Source: Sphaerodactylus townsendi
Taxonomy: Eukaryota
DNA length: 64,000 bases
Reading direction: 5' to 3'
NCBI RefSeq assembly: GCF_021028975.2
Contig: NC_059433.1
Location: forward strand, 52,204,001-52,268,000
The notes beneath the pieces are model-generated. The model saw nothing but the letters and a program-made list of their open reading frames with translations. It made no database searches and was not told the DNA's origin. This document shows positions 51,201 to 63,895 of the stretch, one piece after another. Within the stretch, counting starts at the first letter, position 1; each line of letters opens with the position of its first letter. A program made the translations under genes and the position numbers.

Positions 51201-53480
51201 CCATGCATTTAAGTTTTAGTGAAACAAAACAAAAAAGTAAAAAAGGAAATAGGTGTATGGCAAATGTGACTGAGAATAAAGTTAGTCTTCAAATGTAAAT
51301 AAAATGTGGAAAGTATCCTCTGAGGCTGTGCCATTTCTGTATTAAGTAATTTATTCCTGTAGTACCTTGCACAGACAAGGAGTGAACCAACTAACATAAA
51401 ACTAATCTGTGTCCAACTTCCATTTTACTTCATTTGATAGCCAGAACTGCTGCTGGATTGTTTCAATGGAGCTGTTTGGTTAAGGGCTATCCTGAAGTTA
51501 ACTTGTGCAAATATAGCTTTTGTAAGGCTTTGGAAGCAGAATGATTCTCTAGTTGTAACTCACTGTTTTCATGGCTGTTCGTTTATAACAGTTATCAACA
51601 TACCTGCAAAAATCAGCGCAACGGTTAGAAAGAGCACCATTTCTGGATAGCTTTGGTTTCATGTTTCTGCTGGCAGAATCAAGAGGTGTAGAGGGACCAT
51701 GGAAGTTGTTGCAGTATGAGGCATGGAGTTGTCTGGAACATGCAGTCCCTTCCAGCAAAAATAGAACCAACAATGAGATGTTAATGGGGGGGGCGGGGGG
51801 GGATGGCTGTTCAGATGGTCAACATCAGCAATTTCCTATCTAAAACTGAAAAGAAAGCTGTGCCTTTGCTATGAACTTTGGTGGGTCTAGAGCCAGTCCA
51901 AGTATGGGTTGCTTGTTTGGCCAGTCTTTTGCTTCCCTGAGAATTGTAGCTGGTCAGCAGTTTCAGAGCAGAAATCCATTTTGTACAGAAATCCATTTTT
52001 AGCAGCAGCTATGCTGATTGTTCATCAAGTGGACTAGCCGAAACAGCACCAGCTTTTCTCTTCTTCATTCCCTCAAGCAAATGCTCAGAAATGAACTTCC
52101 TCTAAGCTTTAAGGTTCTATTTAGTTATAAATATTGATGGTCTCTGCTGGTTTGGCCAAGTCATGTGTCAGACTGCTGTCTATTCAGCTGAATGGTTGCA
52201 GGAACTTAAAAGTAAAGGAGCTTGCAGGAGATCCTTTTCTCCCCATGCATGAGAAGAGTGGAAGGTATTCCGTGATTTTTGAAAAGCTCCTTCATAATTT
52301 CCCTCACATGTACAATTTAGTGAACATCCAAGTGTCTCCACCATCACAATATGCCTTTTGAGTTGTGAAGGCATTTTCTTAGATATTGTACCAGTTCTCT
52401 TGGGCAGTGGCCATAGACATGCATGAGGATAAATCCAGAGCTTTTACTCCTGGATACACCAGAAAGCAAACGGAATTCAAGAAACTCATCAGAAGGTCTC
52501 TAAATGTTTGCTTACATTATGACTAATTATCACAGTTTAATTTCTTTTACCTCTCTCCACTTTCTGTAACATTTTAGAAAACATACTCCTATAAAGCAGA
52601 ATGGCCTCATTGGAAAAAGAGAAGCTGGTAAAGTAAATTTTGCACTGGATCAGCTGTTAGGATTACAGTAGCACGATAGAACCAATAACCAATTGAACTT
52701 GGTTACTTCAAGCAGAAGAAGTGCAAAACAGCAATTCAAACAGTATATCATATAATAACAAGCATGTAACTGGGCTTTTGTTCTGACTCAAGAAACATAA
52801 CATTTAACTGTGCCTGGAACCAAACATTTCTAGTATCGTTGAATTCAAAGGGCAATTTGCTGGTCAGAGATGTTAGTTGTTTGAGTTAACGGTGATTGCC
52901 ATACACCATAACAACTGTATGAAACATTGTAATTGGCTAGCTATTTATCTGATGACATAAAAAATTATTTGCACTGGGAAATATAGTTGCTACGTATATA
53001 GTTAAGAACTGGCTAGTTTCCCTTTCTGTTCATTTGCTGACCAAAAACTAAATTTCATTTTTGCTTAGGAAGGCCATATTCTTATTTTACTTGCTGTGTC
53101 ACTATATCTGTTTAAATCCTATTGTTCTGATGAGTGGGGGGGGGGGGAAGGAGGCCCTCCCATGCTGACATATACTATCTCCCCATATGATGAGTACTGC
53201 TCTCATCCACAGAAATGTGTCTCATTTCTTTATGTCTTTATGCTTGTCACATCTATGACAGACGATGAAGTGACAATGTGTGCCCTCTAGGTGGCAGCAT
53301 GCTGCAAAGCACCTGAAAATGCAGCGTTTGACCAATAAAAAAAGCTAGTGAACTTTGTGTGTGCCACTCTATCTTCATGTGAAAAGTTTTGAAATTTTCT
53401 TTCTTTTCTGCCCTAGCTGTCAAAATTTTGACCAAAGACACAAACAGTGTAAATCCTAAGAACACTTTTCTGAGATAGAC

Positions 53481-53906
53481 AGGCCAATCCAGAGCCCCTG
53501 GGGGCTGGGGATGGCACAGCTGAGGCACTTGCCAGCTTTCCAGGAAGAGAAAGAAAAAGCACACACCCCACCTCCCTGCCGCTGCCTGAGGGCTTATGGA
53601 CTTGTGCCACTGAAAAGAATGGCGTAAGTCTAGGACCCGGTGCAAACCTGGAGTAAAATCCTACTAATGTCAACTCCACATTGGGAATGCTCCCCTCTCC
53701 CATGCTGGTGTCTAATCAGAAATCCAGTGCAGCTCTGCAGCAGCTTGGATGTCGATTTTGCTGCTGAGGGGCAGCTGACTGGCTGTTGGCGCCTTTGTCC
53801 CCTCTGCAATTATGGGTCCCCTTGTGCCAGCAGAGAGGGGAACGTGTCAACATAGCCCCACACCGCCTCCCTAAGTGGATTCGGCCCCCTCCATCTAGAT
53901 TGGCCT
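53481..53906. mobile_element. MITE (probable Harbinger-like)
   Basis: TIR-like AGGCCAATCCAGA / TCTAGATTGGCCT around a GC-richer core. Confidence 0.5.
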
Positions 53907-53956
53907 ATAGGCCTCAATGAATACATCTGAGTAGGGCTCTTGAGTAGAACTGCTTA

Positions 53957-54232
53957 TTAGGTTACCAGGCCCCCCTGGCAACTGGCAAAGGGGTTTTACA
54001 GAGTGTGGGCTCTCACTGGCAATGCACTGACATCACTAACATCAGTGCATCACTAGCAATAGCCGTAGCATTTTGCCCAAATACCAGAGCATTTCCAGAG
54101 GCCACAGCGATACACTGATATCACTTCTGGAGGATGCTGCTGGCATCCACCTTATTTGGGTGCCATTCTGCACCCCCCTTTTCTGAGAGCTGAGTGGCAG
54201 CTGGGAACATTTGCAGGGACCTAGCCACCCTA
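53957..54232. mobile_element. hAT-like MITE (TAGGGTTGCC-type ends)
   Basis: Ends TTAGGTTACCAGG / CCTAGCCACCCTA; near-perfect 8-bp TSD ACTGCTTA/CCTGCTTA. Confidence 0.55.
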
Positions 54233-57200
54233 CCTGCTTAAGATTTGTATCTAAAACCCTTCTTGTAGTCAGTGCTCAGCAGCTGAACTGCAAGTGTTGT
54301 GGCTGTATTAAAGTTATTTATACATCTTCACAGCCATCTGAGTTTTAATCATTTTGCTAGCAGCCTAGAGACCACTATTTAGAGCAGGCCAGGACCAGTT
54401 AACTAATATTCTGTGAGTTGCATCCTGTGTTTCTGGACAGTCATTTATGTATCTGTAATGGGGAAGGCACTTTCTCTGGGGCTGGGTTAAGATCTTTCAG
54501 AGTGAGATCTGCTTCTTATATTACACTCGACCTTTCACACAATCTTGCAGTTTGAGGCCTTCAAAGGAAAAAGCAGAAATTTTAACAGAGAACGTGTGAC
54601 ATAAAAAGTCAAAGTTGTAAGTTTGTACAAAGGACAATTTACTACTGCTTATTGAAAAATAACAGTTGCCAAACATGGCTATTGTACACCACTCATCAGG
54701 TAACCAAGGAACATCCTTCTGTAAAAACTGATTGGAGAGCTTGCATTTCTTGTAATTTCTTTATTGCTCAAATCATCCATGCAAGTGGTTGTGTGCTGCT
54801 GGCACATATGATATACTACAACCCTTGGTACAGGAAATGAAGAAGTCCTCCTACAGCAATAAAATAACTAGCCATTTGCCTTATAGAATCATATAGAATC
54901 TTGAGAAATTTCTGCCTGCCTTTATACCAATATCCTGCTTACATAGCATAACATTGATTGGTTCTCAAAAATTCAGGATTTTTAAAAAATGTGATATTTA
55001 CGGGCTTGCAAAGCAAAAAGATAACGAGCTATTTGCAGGCTTGCAAAATAGTTTTCAGTAGCAAGTTTCTATATACCAACATGGATTATCTGATTCCCAA
55101 CTTGCTAGTAGCAGTTCTCTACCACAAAGACTTCCATCATCTTGGACATGATATTTTAAAAAGGGGGTACCAGGAGTTGGGAACCCCTGTAAGAGTGGAG
55201 AGGTGGAATATGGCCTACAGGACAGAGCAGGCTCATTCCACCACAGGCACAAAAGCAGATGACTTCACTGCTGTAGGCACCAAATTTTTTTGTTTTGTTT
55301 CTGATTCAGTGTCATTCACATACCCACCTTGCTGCAGACTCCATTCCGTGCATTTCCCCTCCAGAACAACCTGGTTTGCCATTGAGCCCATCTGTTAATA
55401 AGGCCCAAAGAGCAGGCACACTCTTTTCCACTGAAAGGTTAAAGTGCAGTCAGTTATGATGCGGCAGGAGAAGAAATCGTATGCTTCTGCATTAGAAATA
55501 AATATAAGAATTATTCATTTTAAAGCGCTGCCTTTGCCAAAACCATTATTGTATATTCAGCATATTTAACATGGCTTGATGGGCAGGAGTAGCAGGAACT
55601 CACCAGGGGAGGAATCTTCAGGTCGCCTTGCCAACAAGGCAAGAGGTGGTGGCAGCAGTGAGGTTTGTCTGGCAGCAGGAGCAGGAGGACTAGAGGGTAT
55701 ACACAAGCATACACAAACATACAAAGACGGCTGAATTCGTCCACAGCCAGCCCCACACCATGGCAGAGCCAGGTGACACCTTAAACCCAGCCTCTTAAAG
55801 GAGAAGGAGGGATGGCAAAAGGCAAACTGGGGGGAGGGGCAGAAAGCAGAACTAGGTAGGCACTAGGACCCAAGCAGAGCATTCTGCAACAAAGAAAGTC
55901 CAATGTAGAACTTTACTTTAATCTTTCAGTGGAAAAGAGTACAGTATGGCTAGTACGGTGCATCTACCAACCAGTTTGAAAGGAGCTCAGGATATTTGCT
56001 GCACCAACAACTAATCCTGAGATCAACTCACTAGAATGGCTTCCATCAATTATAGTAAATTAGTGTGGCAGCACCCCCTACACTTACATGCTGTTGGCAG
56101 CAATTACAAGAACATTTCCCTTTGCTACTGAGCAGTGCAATGCCAACACTAGGTTTTGAGGCTGAACTTATAGTGACAAGTTAGTTCAATTGCTGTCCTA
56201 AATTCAAATGCCAATGGAATATGGTCATTATTGCTGTAGTGACACAATACAGAAAATGTAAATATTTACCTGGAAGATCCAAGCTGAATTTATTCAACAA
56301 CCTGGACATGATGGAAGAAGACTTTATGTGACTGAGGATCTGCAGGACAAAGAAGGTTTAATGAAAATAAAAGTTACATTAGGCATTGTGAATAAAGAGC
56401 AAAATGTTCATGGGTCAGTGCTTCCATTCTGTACTGCAAGTTAAATTTTTGTGACTCTGAACATCATGTCTAAGATTCCATTATAGAATCTTTTGTTTGA
56501 TGCACAGAACTGAAGATTCTATGTATGTGTGTAGCAAATGAAACCTGTAGTATAAATGGATGTGATGTCGGGGGTGGGGGGGTGGGTGGGTGTTCACATC
56601 CGTTTTGTCATTACCTACCATCTGGCAATCCCTTTTCTACTCAGATGTGCTGAAATTAGGCTTTTGCATGCTCCTTACTGTTCTGCTCTGCCTCCCTCCC
56701 TCCCTCCCTCCTCTTTCTTAGAGTGAATGTTCCCAGGGCACCTAATGTAATGAAAAACAATTTCTGCCCTACATTGTGCAGGCATTAAGAGGCTTTTCAT
56801 AATTTCAATAGGTTCTAATTATCCAGCTTGTCCCTGAAGGCATTGTAGAACTTGCCTTTTGAATAAAAATCTTTAGAATAATGAAATTGAACCATTTGGA
56901 TACGTGCACAATATGTACAGCCATGCACATATTTAGAGTCTTCTGAGAAAGGATGAGTGGTACGCAAAAGCATGTTTAAGTCCACCTTTTCTATTCCCCC
57001 ACAATAATCCAAACACTGTACATGAAGCAAATGAACTAGTAAATGATACCATCCCTTATATATTAGGACCACTAAGTGATCCAGGGTCTCTCATTTAGTC
57101 AAAGATATGCACTCCTATGTAAAGGGATGACAACACTAAACCAACATGAAGGGTTGTAGGACTCTTCCATTGTTGCTTTGCTGTATAATAAACAGCCAAG

Positions 57201-57360
57201 CTCCTAGAACGCAGCAGGACTTGTGCTGTTTTGAAGTCATTGACCATCAAAGTCTCATATGTAAACACACAGCATTGCTATTTTCAGTTTACAGTAAACA
57301 TCTATAATATAATGCAGAGACACTGAAAGCTCTCATTAGAGTAAAAGGTATTCTTACACA

Positions 57361-57620
57361 GCCAGTGTGGTGTAGTGGTTTGAATGCTGGATCTGGTACA
57401 CCCCAGTTCAAGTCTTCATTCTGTAGGGTTGCCAGCTCTGGTTTGAGAAATTCCTGGAGATTTTGGGGGTGGTTCCTGAGGAGAGTGGGGTTTGGGGAAG
57501 GGAGGGATTTCAATGGGGTTTAATGCCATAAAGGCTACCTTACAAAGCAGCCATTTTCTCCTGGTGAACTGATCTCTGTTTCCTGGAGATCAGTTGTAAT
57601 AGTGGGAGATCTCTAGCTTG
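57361..57620 (+). mobile_element. SINE head (57361-57423) interrupted by hAT-like MITE starting TAGGGTTGCCAG
   Basis: TGTGGTGTAGTGGTT A box, then an abrupt switch to TAGGGTTGCCAGCTCTGG... Confidence 0.55.
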
Positions 57621-58639
57621 GAGTCTGACAAACACACAAAAAAATAGGAGTAGCACAACCTGCGAGCTGCTAATTATAATGAAATGGAGGCACCTACATG
57701 CTAAACTCAGTAGCCCCCAGAAGTTAAACTCACTTGATCTTTCATGCTTTGTGTAAGCTCAAGCATACCCTCTTTGAGGAATCTTGGCAACAGAAGACTG
57801 GTGTCTCAAACTCGTTGATTCCCAGATGAAGTATGATGGATAGTATACTAATTTGTCTATAATCTTGTTATTAATCTATTAATGTTTTCTGTATGTACTC
57901 TAAGAGAATTAATTTTTCAGAGTATTTATTATTATTCCTAAAAAGGAATTATATTGGCAAGTAACCAATTGGTAGGTAATTTAAGACCCTGAAAAACTGT
58001 GTTACTTCAATTGAACTTGACTTGAATAGTTTTACTAATATAAATTGTAATTGCTGTTCCCAGATAAAGTTTAAACATTCTGAATACGAGATACTGAGGT
58101 AGAATATTAAGTGTGGACTCCTTTCTATGTGTGCAATATACATTTTCATTTTGAGTGTATGTGTATTTTTTATGTATAAGTTTTGTAAGCTTTAGAAAGC
58201 TATCAATTTATTTTCTGATTTATTTAAGATGGTCCCTTGAATAAGCCTTCAGATGAAACACTGACATAACCAGCTTGCGTTGGCACCCAGGAGTGCTACA
58301 CCAGTTCAATAAATTGAAAGCAAACCTAATTTTAAGATACACTCCTCGTAGTATGCTCCTTGTAAGGTGGGAACTGATTTAGAGAGATTTCATGGAAAGG
58401 CTATGTATGCTGAAGGTTTTTAGTTGATGGTTGAAAAATTCATTTCCTCCAAGAAACAAAACACACATACATAAAGGTTTATGTTAATCTTCTCTGTATC
58501 ATTCCAATTTTAGTATATGTGCTGCTGAAGTGAGCACATAAAGGTGATTTATGAGACAATTCTATTCAGGTGCCTTTTTTTACACAACTTCACTATAACT
58601 ATGTGAAGTCTGGCAATCCTACCACTCTGCTGTGGAAGC

Positions 58640-58800
58640 TTTCTGGGTGAAGCTTGCTTGGGCCAGTCATATACTCTTAACCTAACCTACCTCACAGGGT
58701 TCTTGTGAGAATAAAATGAAGGAGAGGAGAATGAGGTAAATCACTTTGGATCCCTACTTGGGAGAATGTGCGGTATAAATGATATAAATAAATAAATAAA
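58640..58800 (+). mobile_element. CORE SINE 3' part with (TAAA)n tail
   Basis: CTTGGGCCAGTCA..CCTAACCTACCTCACAGGG..TAAATAAATAAA. Confidence 0.65.
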
Positions 58801-59769
58801 TTTAAACACAAGAAGTGGCTGACTCTCTCCCCCAAACCCACCCATGAATCACTAGTTAATTAAAAAAATCTAAGCAGCTGTACATAATATTGAATTTGTG
58901 ACATTTATGGGTAAGGTAGGTGGCCTGTAAAACCAACAACTCCCAATAATATCATTCCACTTTGAATGCTGGAGAATTGCTAAGACAATTGTGTTTTGTT
59001 TGATATTTCTAAAGTACACTTTATACAGTTGCAACAACATGGAAAGCGGACCATCACCCAGACCTTCTGGAATGGATGAACAAGTTAATGATATACTCAA
59101 CAATGGCAAAGCTAACATCCTTGGTGAACAGTAGATCCTCTACAGAGTATGAAAGAAGATGGCAAGTTTTTGTGGATTATACTAATTAAAGACTTGGATA
59201 GTTATATAAATTAATAACTTGTATAATTAGAATGTATAAGAATGATGTGAATAAGGATAAACCATGGTAAAGATTGTATAATAATTTCTTGATTCTTAGA
59301 AACTATTGTTAGAATTTAAGATGCTATTAAATCGAATGATATAGATTTACGCAAGCTTCACTATGATTATGTTTAATTTTAAGTTTATTTTTAAAATAAA
59401 ATAACTTTAAAAGTACATTTTACGTTAAATTATTATTAATATTTTTAATGAGTCCAGTCTATTGTAAATATGCTTGGCTTTAAACCTATTTGTGAGTTCA
59501 CATTCTCTGCCTTGTTAAGCAAAGTGGTGGCTTTCATTTAATTGCCTGTCATACCTTTCTGGTGGGAAAGTCACTCATAAAACAAGATCTGGTTCTGACA
59601 GACTATGAATAACACAAACACACTGGTTCTGTGTGCTGTTGCAACAACCCAACCCACAACATAAGACAGCAAATCCTTATTACATGGGTAGAATCTACTG
59701 CCTTGGCTTTCCCTCAGTCAGGAGCCTGGATCAGATATTTAGGTCTGAACCTTTTTGCTGTTCAGTAAA

Positions 59770-60017
59770 ATGCCCTCTGTCCTTTCTTGTAAGAGGTGTG
59801 CAGATGATGACAGTGAGCAGTTGTTGCTGGCAGAGGAGAGACCAGATTTGATTGAGTCTTTAGATCCTGGATGCAATGCCAGCAATAACAGACGTTGCTT
59901 CAGAAGAACCAGAGTCCGAGAAAAGGAAAGAGAACGTCTGTCCATCCATGAGAGTCTGGATTATTTGACTTCACATAGCAAAGTTTACAAGAAGTGGTTG
60001 CAGGGCCAAACATACAG
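59770..60017 (+). CDS. CLC-like gene, first coding exon
   Basis: Acceptor TTTTTGCTGTTCAG ends at 59765, aaaATG at 59770; MPSVLSCKRCADDDSEQLLL...ESLDY...GQTY; donor AG|GTAATA. Confidence 0.8.
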
Positions 60018-60080
60018 GTAATATCTTTAATATTTGCGCTGAAAAATATTACTAAAATACTACTAGTAAGTAGTTGGAAA

Positions 60081-60124
<44 letters not shown>

Positions 60125-62534
60125 TTTGTTTGGGGCAGGGAGGGGGGCCAGGGATAATTGGAGAAAGATTTCTTCTTTATAACATTGTGGCACTGGCCAG
60201 TGTCTGATTTACATTGTGCTAGGTTTACCCTGTTCATTTATCTTGCAAAATGCTTACTCCACCATCCTGGATAAATATTTTGGAAAAAGTGTCATTTAAA
60301 CTATTAAAACTTTAAGCAAAGCAAGCATTTTTGTAATAATTTAAATTCTTCCAGCCTGTCTGTTTACAGATAAGAAAGGACAATTTTTCCCCTTTTCAGT
60401 TGAATCCCTAGAAAATGCAGAAGACAGTTTAGCTGGTGCCTATTCTTAACAGAGGGGAAAGTACACTGAAGAATAGGGTAGGCAATCTTTGTGCCAAAAC
60501 CTCCAAAATGCCTATTGGTGATGATGTTGCTGTGATCGTAAAGAGAAATTATCTATGTTTGTGTGGGTGGCTGGGTGGCTGGATGGCTTGAACCTTTGCA
60601 TTGTAAGCAAAATGGTCTTGTCGACCAGTCTTCAGTGTCATTTTTCGATGAGTTGCTGTGCCGTTCACAGGTTTAAAATACCTTCCTATTCTTGCTATCC
60701 ACTTTAAGTTGCATTCAAATAGATTAAAGCAAAAATCCTTTGATGCCACCTACTGGTGAAAAGCAGTAAACAGTGCACTAATCTTTCCGAGAAAATAGAC
60801 AGTTAGGACATGCAAGAAAGTGACCCATTCCAAAGGGAAAATAAAATAACAGTCCAGTGGCATAATCTTTCATTACCATCAGACAAGATCATCTGGAATA
60901 AACTGTGTTCATTGCACTGCTGTTGTATTTTGCTGTTACAGACTAACATTGCAGCCCCTCTGGAATTATATGCCAAAGGAAGAAATTTATAAATGCCTAC
61001 ATTAGAACAACTTTTAAGCTATGCTACAAAAAGTATGGCAAGGAAGAAAGTTAACTAACTGGAGTTGTGTACTGTGGTGGATTCTGCATGGTAGAAATAT
61101 AATGGATTAAAAAAGGGAAATATCCCAGCCTGAGGAATAACTTTGCATGGGTCCCTTCCACAAAGCAGGATTGACCCATTATATTTTCCTCAACCTGTTT
61201 TTTTTTTTCAAAAAACGCTAAAATTGCAATCTTTTTGAAAAATCCCTGGTTGAACCTGCTACCAAGGGAACTGCATGGGTGTCCAACCACTTAATTTTTC
61301 CTGCCCCACTGCCTGTTCTTCCACCTTACATCATGCCAGTTTCATTTCTGCTGAGCTGCTGACCAGTGCGATAGCCCACCATTTCAGAAATGTGCCCCAA
61401 GCACATTTTCTCCCCTTGGCAGCGACTGTGAGCGCCATTTCACCAAAATGTGTACAGCAACGGATTCACAATAAGCTGTTTCCTTCTCTTTCTGTTTTTT
61501 GGGTGCTCAGAGCAGGTAGCTAGGCAGATACACACCTTTGGATGTGGATGGGACGTATTGCTTTTCTCCCTTTTTGGACATAATTTATTATTTTGTATAT
61601 CACAACATTAAGGTGGTTGCATGCTTCATGTTTACATGTGTTCTGGTTTCAAAGCCATAAACTCTCTCCCCTCCCCCATCTGTAGAAATGGGAGAGAAAG
61701 GTCCTGCTTCAGCTCCTGTGGTTACTGTAGATTCTCCACCAATCGGAATTGTTCCCTTAGCAGAAAGTGGGAGCAGGCAGAAAGGGGACTGTGGTGATGG
61801 AACAGCCAATCAGAACGCAGGAAAACCAGATTTTTTTTAATCTGCATGTTTGCATTGAAAAAAAAGCAGGTTTGTGCAAAGGGGCAGAAATAAAATGATT
61901 TTTTTTCCTTCACTGAAAATGGGCACCCATCCAAAGGACAAAAATAGAATAGATTCAAAAATAATGGATGTAACCTGTTATTATTTGGGGATGAGGCTTT
62001 CTGGTTTGTTTTCTTTGCTGCTAGTACTGCAAATTGTTTCTAAAGAACCCACTTCCTGACTGTGTCGTACGTGCATAGGGAATGAGAGGAAGATGGAGTA
62101 TGTTGTACCTCATGAGGGAAGTGAAGCTGAAGAGATTGGTGAAGTTTAGAAGTTTCTTGATCAGCGGTCGTATTGATCCAAGCAGCCGAGCTGAAAAACA
62201 TATGTGCATTAGATGTTTCTCCCCTACCCATAATGTCTAAAAAAATATAGTTGTATGTTTCAAATGGAAGCTGAAGAATACTAAAGTAGATGCTAGATGT
62301 ACTGATACACTCACTCAGCTTTTGAGATTCCTTAACCAAAATACTTCCGAGATTACTGCAACTGATACACAATTCTGAGTTTTAATTTGTTTTTTAATCT
62401 TTAGAATGGACTGGGATCGGTGGTTGTTGATGGGACTTATTGGAATCATAGTGGGAACACTGGGTTTCCTGATCCATCAAACAATTGATTATCTCATCAA
62501 TCTGAAATGGGAACTGGTGGAAAACTATATTCAG
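59770..62534 (+). CDS. CLC-family chloride channel / H+/Cl- exchanger (ClC-6/7 branch, 'chloride channel protein C/D-like'), first two coding exons; continues beyond right edge
   Basis: Exons 59770-60017 and 62405-62534 splice in frame (AG|A = Arg) to ...HESLDYLTSHSKVYKKWLQGQTYRMDWDRWLLMGLIGIIVGTLGFLIHQTIDYLINLKWELVENYIQ. ESLDY plus the W..LIG...G helix B pattern is typical of the ClC-6/7/plant CLC branch. Confidence 0.85.
60083..60120. repeat. (TG)n microsatellite
   Basis: ~19 perfect TG units in the CLC-like gene intron. Confidence 0.95.
62405..62534 (+). CDS. CLC-like gene, second coding exon (first transmembrane helix)
   Basis: T-rich acceptor ending CTTTAG; MDWDRWLLMGLIGIIVGTLGFLIHQTIDYLINLKWELVENYIQ; donor CAG|GTAAAA. 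Confidence 0.85.
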
Positions 62535-63036
62535 GTAAAATGGAAGAAAATAATGAATAACCTTCTATTTCATGTACCTCATGTACCTTTGAGTGGTACT
62601 AAACATAAATCAACACTTGACAACCTTTAGCATTAAGCTATTTGTTCCTGAGTCTCTTTCTCTACCAACACTGAACAAAAGTACTGTTGAACTATTCATT
62701 TACTGGTATGCATGGGATCCAGTGGCGAAGCTATAACGGGAACATCCAGGGACAATTGACCCAGGCGCCCCACAGTTAAGTCATGTGGGGGGTGCACAAT
62801 CGCCCCCAAACCCCTCCCCCTTCCTGCCTCGCCTGGCCCCACCCCAACAGACTGCTCCCGGCAGAGCCGACTGAAAGAGTAATCTGTTCGGGACTGCTCC
62901 CTCTGCTGGCTGAAAGAGCAGTCTGTTGGGGAAGGGCCAGGCCAAGGAGGGAAGGAGGCCAGGCCCTGCCAGGCTGCCCCAGACCACTGTGGCACCAAAA
63001 GTAAGTGGAGTGCGGGGGAGGGGGCGGGGCCCTGCA

Positions 63037-63400
63037 GAAGAAGAAGAAGAAGAAGAAGAAGAAGAAGAAGAAGAGGAGGAGGAGGAGGAGGAGGAAGAGG
63101 AGTTTGGATTTATATCTCCCCTTTCTCTCCTGCAGGAGACTCAAAGGGGTTTATAATCTCCTTGCCCTTCCTCCCTCACAACAAACACCCTGTGAGGTAG
63201 GTGGGGCTGAGAGAGCTCCGAGAAGCTGTGACTAGCCCAAGGTCACCCAGCTGGCATGTGTGGGCGTGTACAGGCTAATCTGAATTCCCAAGATAAGCCT
63301 CCCACATTGAAGCTCAAAGAGCTGACAGAGTTTCGGGAATCAAACCCGGTTCCTCCAGATTTGATACACGAGCTCTTAACCTCCTACAACACTGCTGCTC
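63037..63400 (-). mobile_element. Full-length young Squam3-like SINE with long (GAA)n(GAG)n tail
   Basis: Reverse-strand A/B boxes, CORE body, trinucleotide tail 63037-63101. Confidence 0.82.
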
Positions 63401-63603
63401 CAAGGTTGATACAAGGTTTTATTTATTTATTTATTTGATTTTTATACCGCCCCATCCCCAAAGGGCTTGACAATCCCCAAGGTTGACAGCTTGACAATCT
63501 CCAAGGTTAATACAAGGTTGACAAGGTTGATACAAGGTTGACAGCTTAGAACATAATTAAGACAGTCATGTAGCAAATTAAAATAAAAGTTCTTTGTAAG
63601 GAG

Positions 63604-63895
63604 AGAGGGTGGTGTAGTGGTTAAGAGCAGGTGGATTCTAATCTGGAGAACCGGGTTTGATTCCGCACTCCTCCACCTGAGTGGCAGAAGCTTATCTGGT
63701 GAATCAAATGTGTTTCCACACTTCTACATTCGTGCTGGGTGACCTTGGACTAGTCGCAGTTCTTTGGAACTCTCTCAGCTCCACCTACCTCACAAGGTGT
63801 CTGTTCTGGGGAAAGGAAGGGAAAGGAGCTTGTAAGCCACCTTGTGTCTCCTTACAGGAGAGAAAGGTGGGATATAAAACCAAACTCTTCTTCTT
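63604..63895 (+). mobile_element. Full-length Squam3-like SINE
   Basis: A box TGGTGTAGTGG, B box GGTTTGATTCC, (CTT)n tail. Confidence 0.82.

Noticed and set aside
54958-55398. Longest ORF in the window (146 aa)
   Set aside because: TTG start, no recognisable domain, no convincing exon boundaries.
59770-62534. Naming the CLC gene CLCN6 or CLCN7
   Set aside because: Sequence after ESLDY, the N-terminus and the genomic neighbourhood disagree with both; symbol left blank.
62776-63235. Poly-E, poly-K/R and poly-L/F ORFs
   Set aside because: Translations of the SINE (GAA)n/(GAG)n tail.
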